Positions 27,001-39,409 of a stretch of DNA of 64,000 bases are shown here, piece after piece (within the stretch, counting starts at the first letter, position 1; every line of letters starts with the position of its first letter). The DNA comes from Felis catus (lineage: Eukaryota), in contig NC_058382.1 in assembly GCF_018350175.1 (NCBI RefSeq), positions 52,268,001 to 52,332,000 on the forward strand, written 5' to 3'. A program made the position numbers and the translations under genes. Under the pieces are notes generated by a model that saw nothing but the letters and a program-made list of their open reading frames with translations, was not told where the DNA came from and made no database searches.

Positions 27001-27688
27001 TCAAGTTCAGTTTCTTAATGTCACATCAGAGCATTATTGTTTGTAGTTGTGCAGGGTGTGCACTGAACAAGTCTGGGGGTGCCATTCGCATAGCCCACTA
27101 TCTGTGTTCAACCCGCTGGCCCCATACAGCAAGCCTTCCTACTCCCTTGTTGTAAAGCCCATGTGTTTTCATGGCTAAGAAAAGGTTTTGGTGACAGTCC
27201 TAGATTTCAAGTCTGGCCTCTTCAACTACTTGACAAGAGACCTTTGGAATCTTAGTTTTTTTCACTCTGTTAAATGGTAATGATGCTGTCTACCTTGTGG
27301 GTTGCTATGATTATTAAAAAAGAATATTGACATTACAAGAACCACCAACAGTGTTTCTTTAGACTGACATCGTGTGAATGTCCTTGTCAAGGAACATGTA
27401 TAGGTCTCTCAGTTCATCTTTACTAGGTCTCTGTGTTCAAATAAACAGGCACTTCTTGAACTTTGTCTCTGACCAACATCTTATGCCGAGTATTATAGGG
27501 CATAACGAAACAATGGAATTGCAGCCCTGCTGTTACAACGTTTATAAGTAGAACGTAAAATTTCATAAGAAAGGGTTTCTGTGATTGGTCAGAACCTCTG
27601 GGAAGCTTTCACCAAGAGGAGGTTCGACAGTTGCCTATGGAATTACACAGATACTAAATGCTTTACAAATTCAGAGGAGGAGCCATTC

Positions 27689-27783
27689 TTTTTGTTGTGT
27701 TTTGTTTTTATGTTCATTTACTTTTGAGAGAGAGAAGGAACGTGAGTGGGGGAGGGGCGGAGGGAGGGAGGGAGGGAGGGAGA

Positions 27784-27819
<36 letters not shown>

Positions 27820-27947
27820 AAATACTAAGCACGCTTCACGCTGTCAACGCAGAGCCCGATACAGGGTTCGATCCCATGAACCGTGAGATTGTGACCTCAG
27901 CGAAAATGAAGAGTTGGATGCTCGACCGACCCACCCCTAGGGGCCAC
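27689..27947 (-). mobile_element. Can-SINE (older type) with (GGGA)n/(GA)n
   Basis: Degenerate head with TSD gaggagccatt / gaggagctatt. Confidence 0.85.
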
Positions 27948-28421
27948 GTAGAGGAGCTATTGTTATGGGTAGGGCAGTTCAGGAAGGTTCCACGGGGGAT
28001 TTGGGGTTTGAGCTGGCTCTTGAAAGAACATGGGACCCTCAGCATGGGTGTTGTAGACATGGGCCAAGTATTCTGTACTCTCTACACTGTTACATTGACC
28101 TGTTCTCTCTGCAAGTAGATTTTAACATTTTTTCTCCTCATTTGTCTCCTGGAACCCAGGGCAAAGCACATCGTAAATAGTCCATGAGTATTTTACTTGA
28201 CCTCAGTCAGATTTAACAGTTTTGTTTTAATCACCTGTCAGGTACAAGGTGCTCTTCAGGTTGGTCCAGAGACTCGGAAGTGAATGAGGCCCAATTGGTG
28301 TGGCCCCCCTCCAGGTGCAGTTAGCACACAAATACACAAGTCGCTCATCCCCAGGGTGTGACTGGGGCCATTAGAAGCACACAGGGCCCTATTTTGTTTC
28401 TCTATTCTTTAAAGTTCTGTA

Positions 28422-28636
28422 GGGGTGCCTGGGTGGCTTGGTTGGTTAAGCGGCCGACTTCGGCTCAGGTCATGATCTCACGGTCCGTGAGTTCAAGCCC
28501 CGCGTCGGGCTCTGTGCTGACAGCTCAGAGCCTGGAGCCTGTTTCAGATTCTGTGTCTCCCTCTCTCTCTCTGCCCCTCCCCTGTTCATGCTCTGTCTCT
28601 GTTTCAAAAATAAATAAACATGAAAAAAAAATTTTT
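28422..28636 (+). mobile_element. Can-SINE (felid type)
   Basis: Near-consensus, with TSD aagttctgta / aagttctata. Confidence 0.93.
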
Positions 28637-28719
28637 TTAAGTTCTATATATCTTTTTAAGTTGTATTTTCCATGTTTTTAAGTTTCTATGTATTTTTAAG
28701 TTGTATCTATGTTTGTAAG

Positions 28720-29000
28720 TTGTATTTTACATACAGTAAAATTTACCCTTTTAATAACATGGTTCCATGAGTTCTGACAAACAGTCATGGAGTCACCACT
28801 GTCAAGACAGAGAGCAGTTTCATTCCCCTCAAATTTCCCCTGTGCCTCTTTGGAATAATTCCCACCTCTACCCCGAGCCCCTGGCAACCATCGATTTTTT
28901 TTCTGTCCCTGGAGTTTTGCCTTTTCCAGAATGTTATATAAATGCAAGAATTCCGTATGCAGCTTTTTGAGTTTGGTTTCTTTCACATAGCATGACGCAT
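28720..29000 (-). mobile_element. L1MC-like 3' end
   Basis: tacatacagtaaaatttaccctttt...cccctggcaacca...ttttgccttttccagaatgttatataaatg...tttcacatagcatg. Confidence 0.75.
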
Positions 29001-29140
29001 CTATTGGTTATCTGTTGCTGTTAAATTACTCCCAAAACTTAGTGACTTAAAACAGCAAACATTTATCACCTTACTCTATTAGTTTTCTGTTGCTGTTGTA
29101 ATAAATTACCACAAATGTATTGCCTTCAAACAACACGTAT
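29001..29140 (-). mobile_element. Two short MLT1-like LTR end fragments
   Basis: tatctgttgctg...aaattactcccaaaacttagtgacttaaaacagca and tattagttttctgttgctg...aaattaccacaaa. Confidence 0.6.
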
Positions 29141-29272
29141 CCAAGGTGCAGGAATATATATTCCTATCAGCTTTTATAACATTATTAACAGTAAAATAAT
29201 ATTATAAATCTTCTGATTTCATTGGTTGGAAATATCTTATTTTAATGATTGCTATGAGGGGATTTAAAAAAA

Positions 29273-29483
29273 ATTTTTTTTACATTTATTTATTTTTGAG
29301 AGAACGAGACAAAGCATGAGTGGGGGAGGGGCAGAGAGAAGGAGACACAGAATCCAAAGCAGGCTCCAGGCTCTGAGCAAGCAGTCAGCACACACCCTGA
29401 TGCGGGGCTCGAACCCACGAACTGTGAGATCATGACCTGAGCCGAAGTCGGCCGCTCAACCGACTGAGCCACCCAGGCGCCCC
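29273..29483 (-). mobile_element. Can-SINE
   Basis: Consensus-like, with TSD tatgaggggattt / tatgagaggattt. Confidence 0.92.
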
Positions 29484-29599
29484 TATGAGAGGATTTTAGC
29501 ATGTTAAATCTTGTACTGGTTATTTGTAATCTAGTTTTATAAAGTTTTTAATGTCTCCATCAATTTTTCTATTCGACTCTGAGAATGTGTTTAACTTGA

Positions 29600-30545
29600 C
29601 GATAGGTCAAATACGGGAGAAGGTAGAGGTGGGAAGACCTCATGTGGGCTATTGCAGTGACCAGAGCTGAAGACAGTGATCGTCTTAGCTCGACTTCCCT
29701 AGAAATCAAGCCTGGGTTGGGCATGTTTGTTCAGATGACTTATTGGGGGAGTGTTCTCAGAAGAAGGCAGGGAGGGAAACAGATTATGTTCAACTGGAGT
29801 CTAGCTTCAGCCTGATCCCACAGGTTCCTGGAGAAGGACTCACACTAGAATTAGTTTCTCTTGTTAGCAGAACATCTGGGTCTGGGACGTGAGTTTACAG
29901 ATGCGATGGTGCCCATCGGTCAAGGACAATTCTCTAGAGAAGTCCCTGCTCTCAGCAGTGGAAAATGGATACACTGGACCCATAACTGAGATCTAGACAG
30001 AACATCTTGATGCTTCCTCCATTGGAAATGTAGGGAATTAGCAAAATATTAACAGTCTGAAGAGTCTAGAGATGTTGGTGTTGACTAGTCTTAGAGACTA
30101 AGGGTTTTCTAAGTGTTTCTCATCGGGTGACCAGTTAGAGGGTATCATCCACTGTAGAAACAAGGACATCGGAAGGGGGGAAGAACTGAGGAGAGACGAT
30201 GAAGAGTTTAGATTTGGGGTGGGTAGGAATGGGATTCTGGAACCTGGGAGGAGTATGGGTGCTGGAACTGTGGGTGTGAAGTTCATCTGTATAGACACGT
30301 CGTTAGGAGTCCCTGGCTGGAAGAGGCAGAAGATGGGGCAGTGGTGGCATCCGGAGGAGGTCCGTTTCAACAGAGGGGAAGTTGTTGGGTTTCTTGATTG
30401 CAAAGCCATTACTCTTCAGGCAGCCTTGAGAGGTTCTGGACAGTGATGGGAAAGCATTCAGTCGGTTTGGTGATAAGAAGTGGGTTTGGGGCAAGGAAAA
30501 GAGATGATGAGTGGAGATAAATATTTTAAAACTAGAGCCCATAAA
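29600..30545 (-). mobile_element. Degenerate L2 fragments with an embedded LTR16/ERVL-like piece (~29680-30000)
   Basis: ggctattgcagtgaccagag, gatgaagagtttagatttgg and ggagtctagcttcagcctgatcccacagg motifs. Boundaries are approximate. Confidence 0.45.
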
Positions 30546-32969
30546 TGGGAAGAGAGAAGCTAGAGCGACTTGAAAGAGCCCCAGTGTCAAGTAGACAATT
30601 TCCTCATTCCAGCCTTCTCCCTCCTGTCTTTCCGCCTTCCTTCCTTTTTCTTTTCTCCACTTTCTTTCCTCTTTTCCCCATTTTCCCTTTCCTGATGGTC
30701 AGAAAAGTCTGATTAGCCTGAAAGGCAGCAAGAATGAGCCAGTGGAGACGGAATGATTGAAAAGGCCAGGAACAGAGGGTATACTCAATGGATGGGATGC
30801 TTGAAAGGTTGTCCACCTGAAACCAATGTGATAGGTCAGTAATACCAGAATTAGAAAAAAAAAAAAATAAGAAGGGTATGAGAGGAAAACTTAGAGATCA
30901 GCTCTCTGAAAGCCAGTGAGTGACAGCCTTTGCCCCGGGACCCCCTCTTTCCAGTGTGAAGTATCACTTAAGGCTACTCTGGCTAGAAACCTTGGCCTGT
31001 CGTTGCTTCCACTGATGACACACAGCATACCCACCCGTAAATAATTGGAATGCCACTCTCCCTACCATTGAGCAGTCATTTTCTGGCCCAAATGAAGACG
31101 TTAGTCCTAATGGACGGGAGTGCTGTTTTGTCAGCATTCCCAGCAGGCACAGAGAATGCCGGGGTCCCCTCCACAGAGAGGGAGGGGCTCTTCTCTGTGG
31201 GTAGATTAGAGCCACAGAGAGGAAGCACACCCCCTTTCATTGGAATCTTCCATTAGTACCCTGAAGACCTCTCCTGTCCTCACTCACCCCTCACAGACCA
31301 GAATCCACCAAAGAAGAAAAAAGAATCAGTCCCAGAGTGCTGACTAACAGCATCAGCTTTGGAATTGGAATGATCCTATTTTTGTTTCCATTCTATCTTT
31401 ATAGTTTGAACTTTCCTTTTGATATTCTGTAAATATTCATCATCTCAGAGCCTTTTGAATTGCAATGGCTTTTAGTCAAAACTGAGCAAAATGTGCCATT
31501 TGAATAATAAAAACCTCATTAAAGTGAGGCAAAAGAAATTCTTTTCCTTTTGTACAAGCCAATTAAGTGTCTTTACAATTAAGAAAAGTCTAGCACTTTA
31601 TAGTTCCATATTCCATAAGCCGGTTTTTAATTAATGGAGGTGACAAGTTTTAGGTACAGGGTACATATTTCGCCTCTGGTGTTGTGCAATTAACATTAAT
31701 GAAGAGCATTAAAATTTGGTAAAAGAGGAGAGGATTTCCCATGTCCTCTGTGTATTCACGCCTCCAGGCGGAGGTCTTTGGTAGCAGGTTTCTTGATGTG
31801 TTTTGCATTTCCTTGAGAAAATGTGCAGGCGAGGGTAAAGTTACCTAGAGGGGGCCTTGTAGTTATCAAGAGGTATGGTGTCAAAATTCCGAATGCCCAG
31901 GCCTATCTTAAAGACACGGAAATGCTGCAAAAATCACCTTTGAAGAATTATATTTTCTCCGGTGGATAGAAGGGAAGGGTATAGAGGCAAGGGGTGTAAT
32001 AATGATTTAACCTGGCATGTACCTTACACGATACTGGGATTTTGCTCATCAGAACCTTGGGAGGAATGTATGCTGCCGTTCTAAGTTTGCAGGGAGAGCA
32101 AACGGGTTTACAGAGGTTAATTAATTAACCGACCACAAGTCAGGGAAGTATAATCACATGGCTGGGCTAGAATTTCTCTCTGTCCATTTAAGGAAGCTTA
32201 TCTAAGAAAGAAGGTATTGTGCATTAGCTCTGAAGTCAGACGATGTTTTGATTTTGTTTTGTTTTGTTCTTATTCATATATTTGTTTCTTTATTGTTTTA
32301 GCTGTTTCTGACTCTTATTTTGACCGTAGGACAGTTGTTTCTAATCCCTGTTTTCCTGTTTGTGAAATGACGACAATCATTTTAATTACTATCAGTGATA
32401 ATAATTCCTGTCATCTAAAGTTCTTATGTACACAAACTATCAATAAGTGCTCAACCCACACTCAGCACTCAAAGAGAAAAAAGAAAAATAAAGTATCAGC
32501 AACTCTGAAAAAGTGAACCAAATATTTGAGATGAAAATGGAAAGGCATTCACATATAAGTCATATGTTCACTTGGCCCATTTTCCCTTTTCTCTCTCATA
32601 AAGTTTTTTCCTACAGTCTTGCCTTATTACAACATATGGGTTCTTCTGGTTACAAATGAGTAGATTCTGTTTTGATTTGAAATAGGCTCTGATGAATGTT
32701 GTAGGTAGACCAGATGCCTCAAAGCATTTTCTGTCCACCTCTTAAGAGACTAATGGGACTGTTGGGGGAGTTGTACATTGATAACTGTGGTGGGTTCCAT
32801 ATGTGGAAAACATGTGATCCCACCCAAATACAGCTGACCCCAGCCACATCACCACTTTTAGGTCTTAGGTAGGTGATGTGGGTTGGAAATATATCAGGCA
32901 ACAGAACGTATATGACAGTTTCTCAACCAGACTTAGATTGCCTAGTGGCAGTGAGATTTACATAAATAC

Positions 32970-33195
32970 TTTGTTTTTAAGGTTTATTTATTTTGAGAGA
33001 GAGAGAGAGAGAGAGTTTGTGCATGTGAGTGGGGAAGGGGCAGGGAGAGAGGGACAGAGAGAGAATCCCAAGCAGGCTCTGCATTGTCAGTGTGGAGCCC
33101 AGTGTGGGGCTCAAACTCATGAACTGAACCATGAGATCATGACCTGATCTGAAACCAAGAGCTGGATGCTCAACTGGCTGAGTTACCCGGGCACT
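32970..33195 (-). mobile_element. Can-SINE (older type)
   Basis: gagaatcccaagcaggctctgc body with TSD taaatac(t/c)tt. Confidence 0.88.
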
Positions 33196-33344
33196 GGTGT
33201 GTAAATACCTTTTAAGAAACAGTGAGTTAATTGTTTTTTTCTTTAGTGATAAATTCATTCTTTCTTCCAAGCATTTATTATCAATTCTTAATGAAATTAT
33301 TACCATTGACATCATTAACAATATCATTAATATTATGAATAAGT

Positions 33345-33822
33345 AATGAACTAATATCAATTCTTTGCAAACTCTTCCAAAAAATAGGATAAGAAGAAAA
33401 ACTTCTCAACTCACTGTATAAGGCCATTATTACTCTGATTTGAAAACCAGATAAAGGTATCACAAGAAGATTATAGACCAGTAATCACGTAGGAATATGG
33501 TTGTAAAAATATTCAACAAAATATTAACAAACCAAATGCAGCAATATAGAAGACAGATTATGTACCATGGTGAGATGTGATTTATCCAAGGAGTTCTAGG
33601 TTTGTTTAACATCTGAAAGTCAGCGCAGTACATCATATCAGTGAAATAAAAGATATGCCAATAGACACAAAAGGAGCATTTGGAAAATTCTAACACCGTT
33701 TCTGGATCAAAACACTCAACAGACTTGGATTACAAGGGCATTACCTCAACCTGATACAGGCATCTACAAAAAATATCCACACCTAACCTTCTTAATGCTA
33801 TAAGATTGGATACTTTATCTTT
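33345..33822 (+). mobile_element. Ancient L1M ORF2 fragment, left part (split by the 9.2 kb insertion)
   Basis: Degenerate L1 RT-region sequence (aaactcttccaaaaaatag..., aaaatattcaacaaaatattaacaaacc..., acctcaacctgata). It is collinear with the reverse complement of the young L1 at about 35990-36480. Confidence 0.85.
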
Positions 33823-34109
33823 TTTTTTTATCATCCATTTTAATTTTATTTGCATCGTTTAATTTTCTTTTATTTTTTAATTTTTAATTTTTTTAAAATT
33901 TACGTCCAAATTAGCATATAATGCAACAGTGATTTCAGGAGTAGATTCCTTAGTGCCCCTTATCCATTTAGCACATTCCCCTCCCACCATCCCTCCAGGA
34001 ACCCTCAGTTTGTTCTCCATATTTATGAGTCTCTTCTGTTTTGTCCCCCTCTTGTTTTTATAATATTTTTGTTTCCCTTCCTTTATGTTCATCTGTTTTG
34101 TCTCTTAAA

Positions 34110-36880
34110 GTCCTCATATGAGTGAAGTCATACGATTTTTGTCTTTCTCTGACTAATTTCACTTAGCATAATACCTTCCAGTTCCATCCATATAGTTGTA
34201 AATGGCAAGATTTCATTGTTTTTGATTGCTGAGTAATACTCCATTGGATATATATACACCACATTTTCTTTATCCATTCATCCATTGATGGAAATTTGGG
34301 CTCTTTCCATACTTTGGCTATTGTTGATAGTACTGCTATAAACATGGGGGTGCATGTGTCCCTTTGAAACAGCACACCTGCATCCCGTGGATAAATGCCT
34401 CGTAGTGCAATTGCTGGGTCGGAGGGTAGTTCTGTTTTTAGTTTTTTGAGGAACCTCCATACTGTTTTCCAGAGTGGCTGCACCAGCTTGCATTGCCACC
34501 AACAATGCAAAAGGGATCCTCTCTCTCCCCATCCTTGCCAACATCTTTTGTTGCCTGAGTTGTAAATGTTAGCCATTCTGACAGGTGTAAGGTGGTATCT
34601 CATTGTGGTTTTGATTTGTATTTCCCTGATGATGAGTAATATTGAGCATTTTGTCATGTGTCGGTTGGCCATCTGGATGTCTTCCTTGGAGAAGTGTCTA
34701 TTCATGTCTTTTGCCCATTTCTTCACTGGATTATTTGTTTTGGGTGTTGAGTTTGATAAGTTGTTTGTAGATTTTGGATACTAACCCTTTATCTGATACG
34801 TCATTTGCAAATATCTTCTCCCATTCTGTCGGTTGCCTTTTAGTTTTGCTGATTGTTTCCTTCACTGTGCAGAATCTTTTTATTTTGATGAGGTCCCAAT
34901 AGTTCATTTTTGCTTTCGTTTCCCTTGCTTCCAGAGACGTCTTGAGTAAGAAGTTGCTGCGGGCAAGATCAAAGAGGTTTTTTGGCTGCTTTCTCCTCAA
35001 GGATTTTGATGGCTTCCTGTCTTACATTGAGGTCTTTCATCCATTTTGAGTTTCTCTTTGTGTGTGATGTAAGAAAGTGGTCCAGGTTCATTCTTCTGCA
35101 TGTCGCTGTCCAGTTTTGCCAGCACCACTTGCTGAAGAGACTGTCTTTATTCCATCAGATATTCTTTCCTACTTTGTTAAAGATTAGTTGGCTATGTGTT
35201 TGTGGGTCCCTTTCTGGGTTCTCTTTTGTGTTCCATTGATCTGAGTGTCTGTTCTTGTGCCATTACCATTCTGTCTTAATAATTACTGCTTTGTAGTAGA
35301 GGCTCAAGTCTGGGATTGTGATGCTTCCTGCTTTGGTTTTCTTTTTCAAGATCACTTTGGCTATTTGGGGTCTTTTCTGGTTCCATACAAGTTTTAGGAT
35401 TATTTGTTCTAGTTCTGTAAAGAATGCTCGTGTTACTTTGATGGGGATTGCATTGAGTATTTAGATTGCTTTGGGTAGTATCGACATTTTAACAATATTT
35501 GTTCTTCCTATCCAGGAGCATGGAATCTTTTTCCTTTTTTTTTTTTTTTTGTGTCTTCTTCAATTTTTTTCCATAAGCTTTCTATAGTTTTCAATGTATA
35601 GATTTTTCACCTCTTTGGTTACATTTATTCCTAGGTATTTTATGGTTTTTTCGTGCAACTGTAAATGGGATCGATTCCTTGATTTCTCTTTCTGTTGCTT
35701 CACTGTTGGTGTATAGGAATGCAACCAATTTGTGTGCATTGATTTTATATGCTGCAACTTTGCTGAATTCATGAATCAATTCTAGAAGTTTTTGGTGGAA
35801 TCTTTTGGGTTTTCCATGTAGAGTATCATGTCATCTGAGAAGAGTGAATGTTTGATCTTCTGTTGGCCGATTTGGATGCCTTTTATTTCTTTGTGTTGTC
35901 TGATTGTAGAGGCTAAGACTTCCAATACTATGTTGAGTAACAGTGGCGAGAGTGGACATCCCTGTCTTGTTCCTGACCTTAGGGGAGATCTCTCAGGTTT
36001 TCTCCATTGAGGAGGATATTAGCGTTGGGTGTTTCATGTATGGCTTTTATGATCTCAAGGTATGCTCTTTCTATCCCTACTTTCTTGAGGGTTTTTATCA
36101 AGAAAGGATGCAGTATTTTGTCAAATGCTTTCTCTGCATCTATTGAGAGGATCGTATGGTTCTTGTCCTTTCTTTTATTGATGTGATGAATCACTGTAAT
36201 TGTTTTGCAGATATTGAACCAGCCCTGCATCCCAGGCATAAATCCCACCTGCTTGTGGTGAATAATTTTTTCAACATATTGTTGGATCCAGTTGGCTAAT
36301 ATCTTGTTGAGGATTTTTGCATCCATGTTCATCAGGGAAATTGGTCTCTAGTTCTCCTTTTTAGTGGGGTCTCTGTCTGGTTTTGGAATCAAGCTAATGC
36401 TGGCTTCGTAGAAAGAGTTTGGAAGTTTTCCTTCCATTTCTATTTTTTGGAACAGTTTCAAGAGAATAGGTGTTAACTCTTCCTTAAATGTTTGGTAGAA
36501 TTCCCTTGGAAAGCCATCTGGCCCTGGACTCTTGTTTTTTGGCAGATTTTTTATTACTAATTCGATTTCCTGACTGGTTATGGGTCTGTTCAAAGTTTCT
36601 ATTTCTTCCTGTTTCAGTTTTGGTAGTGTATATGTTTCTAGGAATTTGTCCATTTCTTCTAGATTACCCATTTTATTGACATATAATTGGTCATAATATT
36701 CTCTTATTATTGTTTTTATTTCTGTTGTGTTGGTTGTGATCTCTCCTCTTTCATTCTTGATTTTATTTATTTGGGTCCCTTCCTTTTTCTTCTTGATCAC
36801 ACTGTCTAGCGGGTTATCAATTTTGTTAATTCTTTCAAAGAACCAGCTTCTGGTTTCATTGATCTGTTCTACTGTTTGTT

Positions 36881-36916
<36 letters not shown>

Positions 36917-37965
36917 GATAGCATTAATTTCTGCTTTAGTCTTTATTATTTCCTATCTTCTGCTGGTTTTGGGTTTTATTTGCTGTTCTTTTTCCAGCTC
37001 CTTAAGGCATAAGGTGAGGTTGTGTATCTGAGATGCTTCTTCTTTCTTTAGGAAGGCCTGGATTGCTGTATACTTTCCTCTAATGACTGCCTTTGCTGTG
37101 TCCCAGAGGTTTTGGGTTGTGGTGTTATCATTTTCATTGACTTCCATATACTTTTTAATTTCCTCTTTAACTGCTTGGTTAGCCCATTCATTCTATAGTA
37201 GGATGTTCTTCAGTCTCCAAGTATTTATTACTTTTCCAAATTTTTTTACTTGTGGTTCATTTCCAGTTTCATAGTATTGTGGTCTGAAAATATGCAAGGT
37301 ATGATCTCGATCTTTTCGTATTTACATAGGGCTGATTTGTGTCTCAGTATACGGTCTATTCTGGAGAATGTTCCATGTGCACTGGAGAAGAATGTGTATT
37401 CTGCTGCTTTATGGTGAAATGTTCTGAATATATCTGTTAAGTCCATCTGGTCCAGTGTGTCATTCAAAGCTATTGTTTCCTTGTTGATTTTTTGATTAGA
37501 TGATCTGTCCATTGCTGTGAGTGGGGTGTTGAAGTCTCCTACTATTATGGTATTACTGTCGATGAGTTTCTTGATGTTTGTGATTAATTGATTCATACAT
37601 TTGGGTGCCATCAAATTTGGTGCATAAATGTTTGCAATTGTTAGGTCTTCTTGGTGGATAGACCCATTGATTATGATATAATGCCCTTCTGCATCTCTTG
37701 ATACAGTCTTTATTTTAAAGTCTAGATTGTCTGATATAAGTATGGCTATTCCGGCTTTCTTTTGTTGACCATTAGCATGATCGATGGTTCTCCATCCCCT
37801 TATTTTCAATATGAAGGTGTCTTTTGTTCTAAAGTGGGTCTCTTGTAAACAGCATATAGATGGATCTTGTTTTCTTATCCATTCTGTTACCCTGTGTCTT
37901 TTGATGGCAGCATTGAGTCCATTGATGTTTAGAGTGAGTACTGAAAGATCTGAATTTATTGCCAT
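34110..37965 (-). pseudogene. L1 ORF2p (endonuclease and reverse transcriptase), broken into many fragments
   Basis: The EN domain in 37246..37965 has TLNINGLN, CCLQETH, GDFNTPL and SDH. RT-region fragments include KSPGPDGF and [11 protein letters not shown]. The FADD motif reads FSDD at 35830-35841. The C-terminal [11 protein letters not shown]...[14 protein letters not shown] is present. The 3' boundary is approximate. Confidence 0.92.
36881..36915. repeat. (TTG)n microsatellite inside L1 ORF2
   Basis: Read directly. Confidence 0.95.
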
Positions 37966-38076
37966 TATGATGCTTGTAGAATTGGACTTTCTCGTGGTTT
38001 TCTCTGGTCCTTTCTAATCTGTTGTTGCTTTTGGTATTTATTTATTTATATATATATATTTTCATCTTATCTCCCC

Positions 38077-39180
38077 TCAGAGAGTCCCCCTTAAAATTTC
38101 TTGCAGGGCTGGTTTAGTGGTCACAAACTCCTTTAATTTTTGTTTGTCTAGGAAGCTTTTTATCTCTCCTATTTTGAATGACAGCCTTGCTGGATAAAGA
38201 ATTCTTAGCTGCATATTTTTCTGATTCAGCACACTGAATATATCCAGCCACTCCTTTTTGGCCTCCAAGTTTCTGTGGCTAGGTCTGCTGCAAAGCTGAT
38301 CTGTCTTCCCTTGTATGTTAGGGACTTTTTTCCCTTGCTTCTTTCATGATTCTCTCCTTGCCTGAGTATTTTGTGAATTTGACTATGATATGCCTTGTTG
38401 ATGGTCCGTTTTTGTTGAATCTAATGGGAGTCCTCTGTGCTTCCTGGATTTTGATGTCTGTCTTTCCCCAGGTTAGGAAAGTTTTCTGCTATGATTTGCT
38501 CACATAACCCTTCTACCCCTATTTCTCTCTCTTCCTCTTCTGGGACCCCTATGATTCTCATGTTGTTCCTTTTTAATGAGTCACTGATTTCTCTATTTCT
38601 TAAATCGTTCTCTTTTGCCTTAATCTCCCTCTTTTTTCCTGCTTTTTTATTCTCTATAAGTTTGTCCTCTATATCACCGATTCTCTGTTCTGCCTCTTCC
38701 GTCTTGCATCCATCCATGATTGCAGCTCAGTTATGGCATTTGTAATTTCATTCTGGGTATTTTTTATTTCTTTTATCTCTGCAGAAAGGGATGCTAATAT
38801 ATTTTCGACTCCAGCTAGTATTCTTAATATCGTGATTCTAAATTCTGGTTCAGGGGCGCCTGGGTGGCACAGTCGGTTAAGCGTCTGACATCAGCCAGGT
38901 CACGATCTCGCGGTCCGTGAGTTCAAGCCCCGCCTCGGGCTCTGGGCTGATGGCTCGGAGCCTGGAGCCTGTTTCTGATTCTGTGTCTCCCTCTCTCTCT
39001 GCCCCTCCCCCGTTCATGCTCTGTCTCTCTCTGTCCCAAAAATAAATAAAAAACGTTGAAAAAAAAATAAAAAAAAATAAATTCTGGTTCAGACATCTTG
39101 CTTGTATCTGTGTTGGTTAAATCCCTGTCTGTCGTTTCTTTGTGCTCTTTCTTTTGGGATAAATTCCTTCGTTTTGTCAT
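38077..39180 (-). pseudogene. L1 ORF1p (RNA-binding protein), disrupted by a SINE insertion and frameshifts
   Basis: ORF fragments MTKRRNLSQKKE (start 39180), DSLKRNNMRIIGVPEEEE (38421..38717) and RILYPARLSFKIGEIKSF...LQEILRGTL (38077..38268) are typical of L1 ORF1p. Confidence 0.9.
38853..39077 (+). mobile_element. Young felid-type Can-SINE (SINEC_Fc-like) inserted in L1 ORF1
   Basis: ggggcgcctgggtggc head, CpG-rich body, (CT)n region and A-tail. Perfect 14-bp TSD taaattctggttca (38839-38852 and 39078-39091). Confidence 0.95.
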
Positions 39181-39261
39181 TTTGAATGGAGAAAAGTTAT
39201 TAATGAGGTAGAAAAATGCAAGTAAAATATTAAAATTAAGAAAGTATTAAAATAAAAAATT

Positions 39262-39262
<1 letters not shown>

Positions 39263-39301
<39 letters not shown>
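39263..39301. repeat. (CA)n microsatellite in the L1 5'UTR
   Basis: Read directly. Confidence 0.95.
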
Positions 39302-39302
<1 letters not shown>

Positions 39303-39409
39303 AAAAATCGAATAGATGTTGCTACATACTAGATGTGTTTTGGTCTGGGTGTTGAAAGTCGTTTGACAGATGAGAGAAAAAAAAAGGGTGGGAGGAAAAA
39401 AAAAGGAAA

